Shown piece after piece: positions 29,500 to 38,579 of a stretch of 64,000 nt of DNA. Both the position numbers and the translations under genes were made by a program. Below the pieces are notes generated by a model. The model made no database searches, was not told the origin of the DNA, and worked only from the letters and a program-made list of their open reading frames with translations. The stretch spans positions 384,001 through 448,000 of the forward strand of contig CAWBOS010000010.1 in assembly GCA_963790475.1 (NCBI GenBank). Direction: 5' to 3'. This DNA is from an uncultured delta proteobacterium. Lineage in GTDB: Bacteria; Desulfobacterota; RBG-13-43-22. Positions within the stretch are counted from its first letter, which is position 1. Each line of letters starts with the position of its first letter.

Positions 29500-30153
29500 A
29501 TGGATCTTCAATTTATTCAGGCCCGGGACCTGCCCGATGCCTGGTTTCAATGTGTTTCCGCAATCCTGGACCATGGGAAGGAATATGTCATCGACCGGGG
29601 CAGTTTCAGCGGTCAAAAAAGGCTGGAGTTTGATTATCTGACGGTTCAAGTTAAATATCCCGGGACCTGTCCCCTGATTCCGGACATCCCTCCCGCTCTC
29701 GGTATCCCCAATCCGGTGGCTGATGGCTATGTCGAACAATATCTTCCTTACCTGATGACCGGAGTTAAACAGCCCAATGAGGATTATACCTATGGCCAAT
29801 ACCTGGAACCCCAGATCCAGGAAGTGATCCGCATGTATAAGGAAGAAGGTTATGGGACCAACCAGGCCTATATGACCGTGGGGAACCCCGAGGCCATCTA
29901 TTTGAATGATCCGCCTTGCCTGCGAGGGATCGATACGCGGATTCGAGACGGCCTGCTCCATTTTTTTGTCTATTTTCGGTCCTGGGATTTATGGAACGGC
30001 TTTCCGGCCAACCTGGCGGCTATCCAGTATCTCAAGGAATACATGGCCCATGAAATCGGGGTGGGGGACGGGGAGATTATCGCCTCCAGCAAAGGCCTCC
30101 ATCTCTATGATTATGTCTGGGAACTGGCCAAACTGAGGACGTTGAAGAAGTAA
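29500..30153 (+). CDS. thyA: Short, archaeal-type thymidylate synthase-like protein
   Basis: YTYG, DPPCL catalytic Cys, FRSWD, FPAN, H.Y; 217 aa from ATG 29500 preceded by an AAGGGG RBS-like sequence. Confidence 0.75.
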   Translation: MDLQFIQARDLPDAWFQCVSAILDHGKEYVIDRGSFSGQKRLEFDYLTVQVKYPGTCPLIPDIPPALGIPNPVADGYVEQYLPYLMTGVKQPNEDYTYGQYLEPQIQEVIRMYKEEGYGTNQAYMTVGNPEAIYLNDPPCLRGIDTRIRDGLLHFFVYFRSWDLWNGFPANLAAIQYLKEYMAHEIGVGDGEIIASSKGLHLYDYVWELAKLRTLKK

Positions 30154-30283
30154 AGGATATGGAAAGGCGAAACGGAGAAACGGGGAAGCGGAGAGTTGTG
30201 ACCAAGGACAAAAAAACCGGCCCCAAGAAGTTTTGTTTTTGAACTTTCATCCGCAATTTGTAATCATCAATCCACAATCATAA

Positions 30284-31585
30284 ATGGTAATGGTTCGTCC
30301 AAAAAATCCGCAATCCGCACCCCTTAATCCGCAATCGATTTATGATGTCATCGTCATCGGGGCCGGGGCCTCGGGAATGATGGCCGCGGGCCGGGCCGCG
30401 GAAGTTGGGGCAAAAGTTCTTTTGTTGGAAAAAATGCCCCGGGTCGGCTTAAAGCTTGGTATTACCGGGAAGGGCCGCTGTAATCTGACCAACCAGGGGG
30501 AAATTCAATCCTTCTTAGACAGTTATTCTCCGGACGGCCGTTTCCTGCGAAATTGCTTCGCCCGGTTTCTTAATCAGGATTTGATAAATTTTATTGAGCA
30601 AAGGGGAGTGCCTCTGGTTGTGGAAAGGGGAGGGCGGGTTTTTCCCAAATCCAACCGGGCCTTGGATGTGGTTTCAGCCCTGATGGCCTATGTAAAGGAG
30701 AAAGGGGTCACCTTAAAGAAGGAACAAACGGTAAAAGAGATCCTTTTTCATTCCGGACGGGTCCGGGGGGTTTCGACTAACGGGGAAATCCTCGAGGCCC
30801 GGGCCATAGTCCTGGCCACTGGAGGGGCCTCTTATCCCCGAACCGGTTCGACCGGAGATGGATACCGGATGGCTCAAAAGGTGGGACACAGGATCATTCC
30901 CATCCGACCCTATTTAATCCCCCTGGTCATAAAGGAGGCCTGGGTCAGGGAGCTTCAGGGGTTGGCTTTAAAAAATGTTTCGGCTGCGGTTTATGTTAAC
31001 GGCCGGAAAGGTCCTTCGGAATTCGGAGAGATGCTCTTTACCCATTTTGGGATTTCCGGACCGATCATCCTGACCCTAAGCGGTTCTATCGTCGATGTCC
31101 TTAAACAAGGACAAGTGGAAATTTCGATTAATCTCAAACCGGCCTTAACTCAGGAACAACTGGACGAAAGATTGAAAAGGGAACTAAAGGCCCATCACCT
31201 CAAGGGATTGCAGGCCATTTTAAAACTCTTATTGCCCAACCGGATGATTCCCCTGTTTTTGGCACTGGTAAAAATTCCAGGGGATAAAAAGGGGAATCAG
31301 ATTTCTGCCGAAGAACGAAGCCGGTTGAAAACCCTGCTGACCGATTTGCGGATGACGGTGTCCGGTCCCCGGCCGCTTGATGAGGCGATTATTACCGCCG
31401 GCGGCATTCATCTTAAAGAGGTGGATCCCAAAACGATGGAGTCAAGAATCATTAAAGGTCTTTTCCTTTGCGGAGAAATTTTGGATATCCAGGGCAAAAC
31501 CGGCGGCTATAATCTTCAAGCCGCTTTTTCCACCGGGTGGGTGGCCGGGGAGAGTGCGGCAAGAAGAGTTGCGAGTTACGAGTAA
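30284..31585 (+). CDS. HI0933/YhiN/BaiN-family flavoprotein
   Basis: IGAGASGMMAA, ITGKGRCNLTN, GRVFP, ATGG.SYP.TGSTGDGY, GEMLFTHFGISGP, GGYNLQAAFSTG. Confidence 0.92.
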   Translation: MVMVRPKNPQSAPLNPQSIYDVIVIGAGASGMMAAGRAAEVGAKVLLLEKMPRVGLKLGITGKGRCNLTNQGEIQSFLDSYSPDGRFLRNCFARFLNQDLINFIEQRGVPLVVERGGRVFPKSNRALDVVSALMAYVKEKGVTLKKEQTVKEILFHSGRVRGVSTNGEILEARAIVLATGGASYPRTGSTGDGYRMAQKVGHRIIPIRPYLIPLVIKEAWVRELQGLALKNVSAAVYVNGRKGPSEFGEMLFTHFGISGPIILTLSGSIVDVLKQGQVEISINLKPALTQEQLDERLKRELKAHHLKGLQAILKLLLPNRMIPLFLALVKIPGDKKGNQISAEERSRLKTLLTDLRMTVSGPRPLDEAIITAGGIHLKEVDPKTMESRIIKGLFLCGEILDIQGKTGGYNLQAAFSTGWVAGESAARRVASYE

Positions 31586-31673
31586 CGAGTTGCGAGCTTT
31601 CGGGTTTCGTGTTACGGGTTACGAGTTTTAAGACTTTTTGCTTAGTCTGAATTTTAAACCCGCAACCCGCAAC
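31566..31673. repeat. Inverted pair of heptamer tandem tracts (GAGTTGC/GAGTTAC vs AACCCGC)
   Basis: GAGTTGC-GAGTTAC-GAGTAAC-GAGTTGC...GGGTTAC-GAGTT, then AACCCGC-AACCCGC-AAC; overlaps the upstream stop codon. Confidence 0.75.
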
Positions 31674-31686
31674 AAATTTTAGGTTT

Positions 31687-32736
31687 ATGAACAAAAAAAT
31701 CGACCTGCGAAATTTGACCTTTGAAGAATTGCAGGACTGGATCACCGGTCTGGGACTGGAGCCTTACCGGGCCGAGCAGATCTCTCGTTGGATATTTCTG
31801 CCGGAGGTTCAATCGTTCGATCAGATGACTAATGTATCCAAGAAATGGAGGAGGCTTTTCCATGAGCAGGCTTATTTGAGTCAATTGATGATTCTAAAGG
31901 TTGAAAATTCTTCGGATGGGACCAGAAAATTTCTATTTGAACTGGAAGATGGAGAACGGGTCGAAAGTGTCCTGATCCCGGAAAGGGGACATTACACCCT
32001 GTGCATCTCTTCCCAAGTGGGGTGTGCTCAAAAATGCCGTTTTTGTCATACCGGTAAAATGGGTTTGAAAAGAAACCTGAAAGCCTCGGAGATCCTCAAT
32101 CAGGTCCTGACCGTTCAGGGGACATTGACAGAAACAGATTCTCTTCTGACCAATATAGTACTGATGGGCATGGGAGAACCCCTGCACAATTTTGAAAACA
32201 CGATTCGGGCCCTAAAAACCCTGCTTTCTCCCTTTGGAATGCAATTTTCTCACCGCCATGTGACCCTGTCTACGGCCGGTCTGATCCCGGAGATGAAGGC
32301 CCTGGGGGACATCCTTCCGGTTAACCTGGCTCTTTCTTTGAATGCGCCGGATGATGAAACCAGAAACCGTCTGATGCCCATCAACCGAAAATATCCTTTG
32401 GAACCTTTGATTCAAGCCTGTAGGGCCTTCCCCTTACCGCATAAGAAAATGATTACCATAGAATACATTATGATAAAAGGGATCAATGATTCCCCCCAGG
32501 CGGCCAGGACTCTGGCCAGATTACTCAAGGAGGTAAAGGCCAAGATCAATCTGATCCCCTTCAATCCCCATCCGGGCTCCGGGTTTAAACCCCCCGATGA
32601 AGCTGGGCTCCTAAAGTTTCAGGATATCTTGATCCGATCTCATTACACGGTTATGATCCGCAGAAGTAAAGGGGCGGATATCTCGGCCGCTTGCGGACAA
32701 CTTCATGCCAATTGGACCGGGATTGACAGGCAATAA
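31687..32736 (+). CDS. rlmN: 23S rRNA m2A2503 methyltransferase (radical SAM)
   Basis: CISSQVGCAQKCRFC, MGMGEP, INLIPFNP, DISAACGQL. Confidence 0.96.
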   Translation: MNKKIDLRNLTFEELQDWITGLGLEPYRAEQISRWIFLPEVQSFDQMTNVSKKWRRLFHEQAYLSQLMILKVENSSDGTRKFLFELEDGERVESVLIPERGHYTLCISSQVGCAQKCRFCHTGKMGLKRNLKASEILNQVLTVQGTLTETDSLLTNIVLMGMGEPLHNFENTIRALKTLLSPFGMQFSHRHVTLSTAGLIPEMKALGDILPVNLALSLNAPDDETRNRLMPINRKYPLEPLIQACRAFPLPHKKMITIEYIMIKGINDSPQAARTLARLLKEVKAKINLIPFNPHPGSGFKPPDEAGLLKFQDILIRSHYTVMIRRSKGADISAACGQLHANWTGIDRQ

Positions 32737-32846
32737 AAATTCTTCGCAAAAAATCAATTCCCATTTCAATCCTAAAACTTGACTTTTGTTTTCAATTGAG
32801 TAAAAATATTAGTAGTAAGAATTTAGTTTGGAAAAGGAGAAAAATT

Positions 32847-33071
32847 ATGCGGATTACTTCAAAGGGGCAAGTTACAATCCCGCAAACCATAAGAGAGAAG
32901 ATGGCTCTATTTCCCAATACGGAGGTTGATTTCAATATTTCGGGAAACAAGGTTTTTTTACAGAAGGTCGGGTCCCGGAAAAGTCGTGGAAAGACCATCA
33001 TAGCCGGAATGCGGGGGAAGGCCACTGTAGCTATAACTACAGATGAAATTATGGCCCTGACCAGGGGATAG
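32847..33071 (+). CDS. AbrB/MazE/SpoVT-family antitoxin
   Basis: MRITSKGQVTIP..IRE; AAGGAG RBS; immediately upstream of a PIN gene. Confidence 0.88.
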   Translation: MRITSKGQVTIPQTIREKMALFPNTEVDFNISGNKVFLQKVGSRKSRGKTIIAGMRGKATVAITTDEIMALTRG

Positions 33072-33074
33072 GTT

Positions 33075-33483
33075 GTGGAAGTTTTAATCGACAGCAACGT
33101 CATTTTGGATATTGTTACCGAGGATAAAAAATGGTTTCGTTGGTCTTCTGAGACTTTAGCTCGGTATGCCGAAGATCATGTCTTGGCCATAAACCCGATT
33201 ATTTATGCCGAGGTTTCTGTCGGGTTTAATAAAATAGAGGAAGTTCAGGAAGTTTTATCCCCAATTTATTTTCGCCGCCTTCATCTTCCCTGGGAGGCCG
33301 CTTTTCTTGCCGGAAAGTGTTTTTCAATATATAAAAAAGGGGGTGGTAATAGAAGATCCCCCCTTCCGGATTTTTATATTGGAGCCCATGCCGCAGTCTC
33401 TGGGATGGCTTTGATGACCCGGGATCAGGCCCGATAACCAATCTTATTTCCCGAAATTAAAAATCATAGGACCGAAGAGTTGA
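33075..33483 (+). pseudogene. PIN-domain (VapC-type) toxin with a +1 frameshift near the 3' end
   Basis: LIDSNVILD, YAEVS, LPDFYIGAHA, MTRD; premature TAA at 33435. Removing one A restores RYQSYFPKLKIIGPKS* ending at 33483. Confidence 0.78.
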
Positions 33484-33513
33484 CTGGAAGCCCAAATAGC
33501 ATGGGTCCCCTTT

Positions 33514-34443
33514 TTATTGCCCCAGCCCTAAAAGCCCGGCGGCATTTCCGCCCAGGATCGCATCCACTTCTTCTTTGGAAAACTTAAGCCCGGCCGGTGC
33601 CTTTTCCGGCAGATCTTTCAGCAATTTGATCAAGGTCTTTGTGGGGACGACCGCTGAATTCATAGGGTTGTCCGTCCCGAAAAGGACTTTTGATTTTCCG
33701 GCATAATCGAGAAGATCACGCAGGTCCCGGCAAAAAAGATTGTAACGGGTGAAGGCATAATGATCCCACATGGCCAGGTCGCCGTACAGGTTGGGCTGGC
33801 GGGCGGCCAATGAGGCCCAGGGGCGCCAATTGATCATGCCCATGTGGGCGGCGATCACCTTGAGGTCCGGGAAATCAACGGCCAGATCGGAAAACTCCAG
33901 GGCTTCGGCAAATTTGGATCGAGAGGGAGGGCCCAGGGGGCTGGTGTGGGTCAGCAGGATGCCGTTATATTTGACCAGAACCTCCAGGAGTTTATAGGAT
34001 TCCGGCCCACAGGGGTAATAGCCGTCATCCGGATGGTATTTTAATCCCCGAACCCCGTATTCCTCGAAACACTGCTTCAACATATCAGGGGCTTCCGGCC
34101 TTCTTGGATCCACGCCGGCCAGGGCCATGATCCGGCCGGGATTTTTTCGGGCGATATCGCCGATGATCTTATTAGCTTTTTGTATGTTTTCCGCTTTGAT
34201 CTGGGTAATACCGGCATTGTCCACCATACAAATCAAAGTCAGGTCGATTCCGGCATCCTCCATGATCGCCAGAACCCCTTCCCCTGAAGGGTCGGGCCAG
34301 GTTACGGAAACCTTTTTGATCAGTGCCTCCGAATCGACCTCAATTCCCATCTCCCTGGCCTGGCGGATAGCGGATTGGGCTAAATTTCTGACAATTCGTT
34401 CCGAAAGTTTCGGAAATAAATGATAGTGTACGTCGATGATCAT
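33514..34443 (-). CDS. Amidohydrolase family 2 protein
   Basis: IIDVHYH, GLKYHP, AAHMG, VLFGTDNP, ILGGNA. Confidence 0.88.
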   Translation of the reverse strand: MIIDVHYHLFPKLSERIVRNLAQSAIRQAREMGIEVDSEALIKKVSVTWPDPSGEGVLAIMEDAGIDLTLICMVDNAGITQIKAENIQKANKIIGDIARKNPGRIMALAGVDPRRPEAPDMLKQCFEEYGVRGLKYHPDDGYYPCGPESYKLLEVLVKYNGILLTHTSPLGPPSRSKFAEALEFSDLAVDFPDLKVIAAHMGMINWRPWASLAARQPNLYGDLAMWDHYAFTRYNLFCRDLRDLLDYAGKSKVLFGTDNPMNSAVVPTKTLIKLLKDLPEKAPAGLKFSKEEVDAILGGNAAGLLGLGQ

Positions 34444-34458
34444 CGTTCTCTCCTTTTT

Positions 34459-35014
34459 CTATATTTTTTTTCTTATCTCTTTGGCCGGGACTCCGGCGGC
34501 AATGACGTCATCAGGAACATCTTTGGTGACGACGCTTCCGGCACCGATCAGACAATTATGCCCGACGGTTACCCCATTGACCGAGCAGGACCCGACCCCG
34601 ATAAAGGTGTCGCTTAACACCTTAACATATCCGGGGAGATGAACGCCGGCCCCCATGATCACATTTTCCTGGATGAGGGTGTCGTGATCGATGGTCACGG
34701 CGCTGTTCAGGATGGTATGATCACCAATTTCCACCCCGGGCCCGATAATAACCCCGGGTGAAATCAAACAACCCCTGCCGATCTTGGCGGTCTTGGATAT
34801 GATGGCCGAGGGATGAATGATGGTGGCCGGGGACAAGGGGATGGATCGTACCTGCCCCATTGAAAACAGGAAATTTAGCCGCATCACCGACGAGAAATCT
34901 CTTCCCTTCTCCCCACTCGACAAATCCTATTAACTTCAGGTTGTCCAGGGACCCTATAATGTCCGGGATAATTCTGGCCTGGGGATCAGCCCCTAAAACG
35001 AGTATTTTTTTCAT
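34459..35014 (-). pseudogene. PglD/NeuD-family hexapeptide acetyltransferase, disrupted (frameshift, probable internal deletion)
   Basis: N-terminal MKKILVLGA...LIGFVE...FPVF in one frame; IIHPSAIIS...IDHD...IGAGSVVTKDVP...AGVPAK in another; switch near 34850-34860. Confidence 0.72.
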
Positions 35015-35072
35015 GAGCCTCCCCACGCAGGTAGATAGACTGAAGGCCTATTCACCTGTTCCTATGTAAAAA

Positions 35073-36350
35073 TCAATTTAAATGGGCGATCACCCAGTTA
35101 TAAGTTTCAGATCCCCAATCCCACTTTATCCAGCCTTCCGCGCCCCCTTTTTTTGCCGTCTCGGCCAACCACTCCGTCAAGGCCTTATCGGCCAGAAGGC
35201 CCCGTTGTTCTTCGGATAGGGGATGGTGGGCCTCTTTCCCTTTGACCTTCAGTAAGTAAATTCCTTTTACGGTATTGAGAGGCGGGGAAATCTGACCGAT
35301 GGGCAGATTGAAGGCAATATCATCAATCACTTTGCCTTGGGGCGTTTTTTCGATCAGTTTGATAATCCAAAACCCTTCGGGGGTGCTGATGGGCTGGCTG
35401 ACTTTACCCGTTTTTAATTCATAGGCCTCCGGCGCATAGGGTTTCCCCTCCTGGAAGCCCACAGAGACCCAGCCGGTTTGTCCTCCTCTTTCCCTGGTCT
35501 CTTGGTCTACCGAGTGGATTCGGGCCAGTTCCGCAATATCCTTTCCGGCCAGGACCGCTTCGCGAACCTGTTCGGCCTCCGGTTTGGTTTTGGTTAATAT
35601 TCCCATAGCCCGGATCTGCCCTGGAGTAATCAGATCATCCACTCCTTTAGGTATCCAACCCATCTCTCCACCTTTGCGGGCCGATTCAAGGTCTATGGAG
35701 TTTTCAAGGGCGAGACGGCCAAAATCCTGACCTTGTTGCAGCCTGGCCCTGACCGTTTCCGCTTTGTTTCCCGAATTGGAAACGATAGCCATCCACTGGA
35801 TCTGCTCGGCATACTTAGGGACTTTTTCCAAAAAGGATTGAAACAATTTCCCATGATAGAGGTCTTGTTCGATCCAGGTCCGGTATTCCTTTTCATCCAC
35901 TCCCATCCTTCTGAGCATGGCTGCAAATCGATCTTCAAATTTTTCCTCAGGGCCGGCTGAGGCCATGACCCTTCGTTGGATTTCCCGGTTCAATTCCTGT
36001 TCCGTGACAACGATTCTTCTTTTTAAGGCCTCCTGCCTGATCAATTCCAGATTCATCATTTGCTGGATCACCTGGGTGGCCGCTTCGAGTTGGTTTGTTC
36101 CTGTTTCCGGTGGTTGTAGACGTAATCGCTTAATCAAATCCCGGGTGGTAAAAGAGGTTTTGCCCACCTGAAGTATAGTCCGATGCCTGGGGGCCAGGAT
36201 ATTCAGATAATAGGGAATGCCTATCAGAAACAATACAGCAGTAATATAAACGGCAACAGTGATCAGCAAGCCTTTGCGCCCCGGGCGACAAGGATTCTCA
36301 GGCGGGGAGGCGGAATGGTCAGGATTTTTTTTCAACTCGGGATGCTCCAT
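35073..36350 (-). CDS. Membrane-anchored SurA/PrsA-like foldase with two parvulin domains
   Basis: N-terminal TM, SurA_N-like LIRQEA...VTEQEL, two F/I..LA...S.D......GG..GW motifs and two G.VS.P..T..G...IK motifs. Confidence 0.85.
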   Translation of the reverse strand: MEHPELKKNPDHSASPPENPCRPGRKGLLITVAVYITAVLFLIGIPYYLNILAPRHRTILQVGKTSFTTRDLIKRLRLQPPETGTNQLEAATQVIQQMMNLELIRQEALKRRIVVTEQELNREIQRRVMASAGPEEKFEDRFAAMLRRMGVDEKEYRTWIEQDLYHGKLFQSFLEKVPKYAEQIQWMAIVSNSGNKAETVRARLQQGQDFGRLALENSIDLESARKGGEMGWIPKGVDDLITPGQIRAMGILTKTKPEAEQVREAVLAGKDIAELARIHSVDQETRERGGQTGWVSVGFQEGKPYAPEAYELKTGKVSQPISTPEGFWIIKLIEKTPQGKVIDDIAFNLPIGQISPPLNTVKGIYLLKVKGKEAHHPLSEEQRGLLADKALTEWLAETAKKGGAEGWIKWDWGSETYNWVIAHLN

Positions 36351-36385
36351 AGAAATATCGAAATACTGTTTTTGTATGGCTTAAT

Positions 36386-36979
36386 TTAACCGGTCACTTT
36401 GTTCATGACTGTTCTAGGCGGTTCCAGAACCAGCCGCTCTAAAACTTGAACATAGGTGTCGGGAATAAGATACACCGAAGGACTGTTTTTCAATTTAACA
36501 TAGAATTGGTCCTCCCCGGGGGTCCGGACCCCGAAGAGGATCTCCAGCGGATCTTTTCGTCCTCTGACCTCGAGGATGACGACCATTTGGGGATCGATTA
36601 ATCCATATTCTTCCAGATCGTCCACTTTCTGGGCGATCAACCTCTTTGATTTTGGACCGGAAACAAGAAATACAATTCCACCCCAGCGTTTGGGGTCCAC
36701 CGGACGCCTGGTTTCATCGTCAAAACGCCAGTGTTCATCTTTATCCTGAAAAAAGGCGATTGTTTTTTTCTGGTGAGGCAACCGGACAGTGATATGATAA
36801 ATTTTTTGTCCATCAATCGACCATATTTCCGGCCGTTCTCTCTGTTTTTGACCGGGCAGGGTCAGATGAAAATAATAAACAACACCGGCCAGCAGGACCA
36901 AAATGCCGGCCAGAATCAAAGTTGATTTATAGCTCAAAGAAACCGCCTTATCGTTTTCTCCACCAGAGGATGCCTCCAA
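36386..36979 (-). CDS. DUF4340-like membrane-anchored protein
   Basis: N-terminal TM, DLEEYGL..P, I.FG..TP....YVK; usual position after a GldG-like gene. The true start may be TTG at 36937. Confidence 0.72.
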   Translation of the reverse strand: MEASSGGENDKAVSLSYKSTLILAGILVLLAGVVYYFHLTLPGQKQRERPEIWSIDGQKIYHITVRLPHQKKTIAFFQDKDEHWRFDDETRRPVDPKRWGGIVFLVSGPKSKRLIAQKVDDLEEYGLIDPQMVVILEVRGRKDPLEILFGVRTPGEDQFYVKLKNSPSVYLIPDTYVQVLERLVLEPPRTVMNKVTG

Positions 36980-38579
36980 GGAATAATATCAATAACGGCA
37001 GAAAGATCAGGCTGGAATAACGGATGAACCGAAGCTGATTATTATTTACCAGAAGCCTTCTAAAGGAATAAGGTTTGGGCCGGATTGATATCAGGTGTTC
37101 TTCTTCGGCCAGCCAGTTGACGGAATTCAGGAACAGGTCTCCGTTGCCGCCGTTACCAAAATGGAGGTTAGAGGCAAAATCCGAATCACCGATGGCAATA
37201 ACTCTGGTCAATTTTTCTCTTTTTTCAGTTCGCAAGGGTTCTACCCCGTTAACAGTGGGCCCGCTGGCGATGATCATGGCTCCCAGGGCCAGAGGACTTT
37301 GGGTCTTTTCCGGTCCCTGGGATTTCTTTTCCCCATTTTCCATCCAGCTTTCCGGAGTAGTCAGGATGACCGGGAGTATGGCCAGGTCCTGATACTGTAC
37401 CGCCCGCAAAGGCCATCCGGCTTTGACTGCTCCTTCTTTCATCATGGTTCCCAGAATCATTCCCAGTTCCTTGGTCAGGTCGAAGGCCACGGCATCGGGG
37501 AAATAGGTCGTATCCAGACCGGTGGTGATGACTACCGGGGGATATTGCCCTTTAAAAATCGCAGGAACATTTCTATCCGGGGCGACATAAGCCCCCGGGT
37601 CTATGACCCGCCCTTCCTTGACCGTCAGACCCCAATCGGAGAGGATTTCCTTTACCTCCTCTGGCGGATTGGGATCGATGAGCAGCAGAAGCTTGCCATG
37701 CTTTTTCAGAAAGGTCCGGATGCCCCCGGTAACCTGGGGTGGCAGAAGCTTCTTGGTGCCGGCCATAATCAACACGGCGCAATCCGGGGGGATCTCATTG
37801 TTCAGGGTCAGGTTCAGGGCTTGAACCTGGTAGAGATCCCGGATTAAGCCCATTCGGGCTTCGCTGTACCCATCCTGATCCTCACTGTTGATGTCGTGCT
37901 CGCCATTGCCGGTCAAAAAGTAGATCTTTTTGGCCTGAGCCCCGGAAACTTCGATAAGGGCATTGGTAAAATTCTGTTCCGTCGGCAGTGTAACGGCCTT
38001 TTGCCGAGTCCCATTTATAAAGACGATGGTGCCATATTGTCTGATCTGGTGCTGGCGGGCCAAGGCCGGTTGGGATTCCGGGTCAACGAAATAGAAACTG
38101 AAATTTTTATTAAAATACCGATATTCTTCAAGCAGGTTTTGGGCTATTCTTTTATTAGTTTCGTATTGAATATCATCAGGGAAAAAACACAGGGCCTTTA
38201 CCGGTTCCTTAAACCCTTTGACCACCTTCACCGTTTGCGGGGCCAGGGTAAACTTGCCGGTGGCAGTCAGGTCAAAGCGACGGTGCTTGAGTATTCCCAA
38301 ATAATTGGCCAAAATCATAATGGCAATGAACAGGGCGATCATGGCCAGGGTATTCAATCCATAACGAAAGCGCTTGCTTCGACAAAAGGCCATGATTTCC
38401 ACCCGGGCACCGATAGCGGAGGCCAGGAGAAGAAGCAGCCCCAGGCTTAAAAGCCCGGCGACCGATGCGGTCAACTCCGGGAGAAAGAAGCGGATCGGAA
38501 CCGCGAGAAGCAGACTGATGAATCCCAGGACGGCGGCCACATTTTTAAACAAAGACAAAAAGGAAAGAAGATGTTTCAC
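36948..38579 (-). CDS. GldG-family ABC-transporter auxiliary protein
   Basis: RFDLTATGKFTLAPQT, VDP...P, IYFLTGNGE, IGDSDFASN, N.DLFLNSVNWLA, ISIRPK, C-terminal TM + WWRKR. Confidence 0.85.
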   Translation of the reverse strand: MKHLLSFLSLFKNVAAVLGFISLLLAVPIRFFLPELTASVAGLLSLGLLLLLASAIGARVEIMAFCRSKRFRYGLNTLAMIALFIAIMILANYLGILKHRRFDLTATGKFTLAPQTVKVVKGFKEPVKALCFFPDDIQYETNKRIAQNLLEEYRYFNKNFSFYFVDPESQPALARQHQIRQYGTIVFINGTRQKAVTLPTEQNFTNALIEVSGAQAKKIYFLTGNGEHDINSEDQDGYSEARMGLIRDLYQVQALNLTLNNEIPPDCAVLIMAGTKKLLPPQVTGGIRTFLKKHGKLLLLIDPNPPEEVKEILSDWGLTVKEGRVIDPGAYVAPDRNVPAIFKGQYPPVVITTGLDTTYFPDAVAFDLTKELGMILGTMMKEGAVKAGWPLRAVQYQDLAILPVILTTPESWMENGEKKSQGPEKTQSPLALGAMIIASGPTVNGVEPLRTEKREKLTRVIAIGDSDFASNLHFGNGGNGDLFLNSVNWLAEEEHLISIRPKPYSFRRLLVNNNQLRFIRYSSLIFLPLLILFLGGILWWRKR

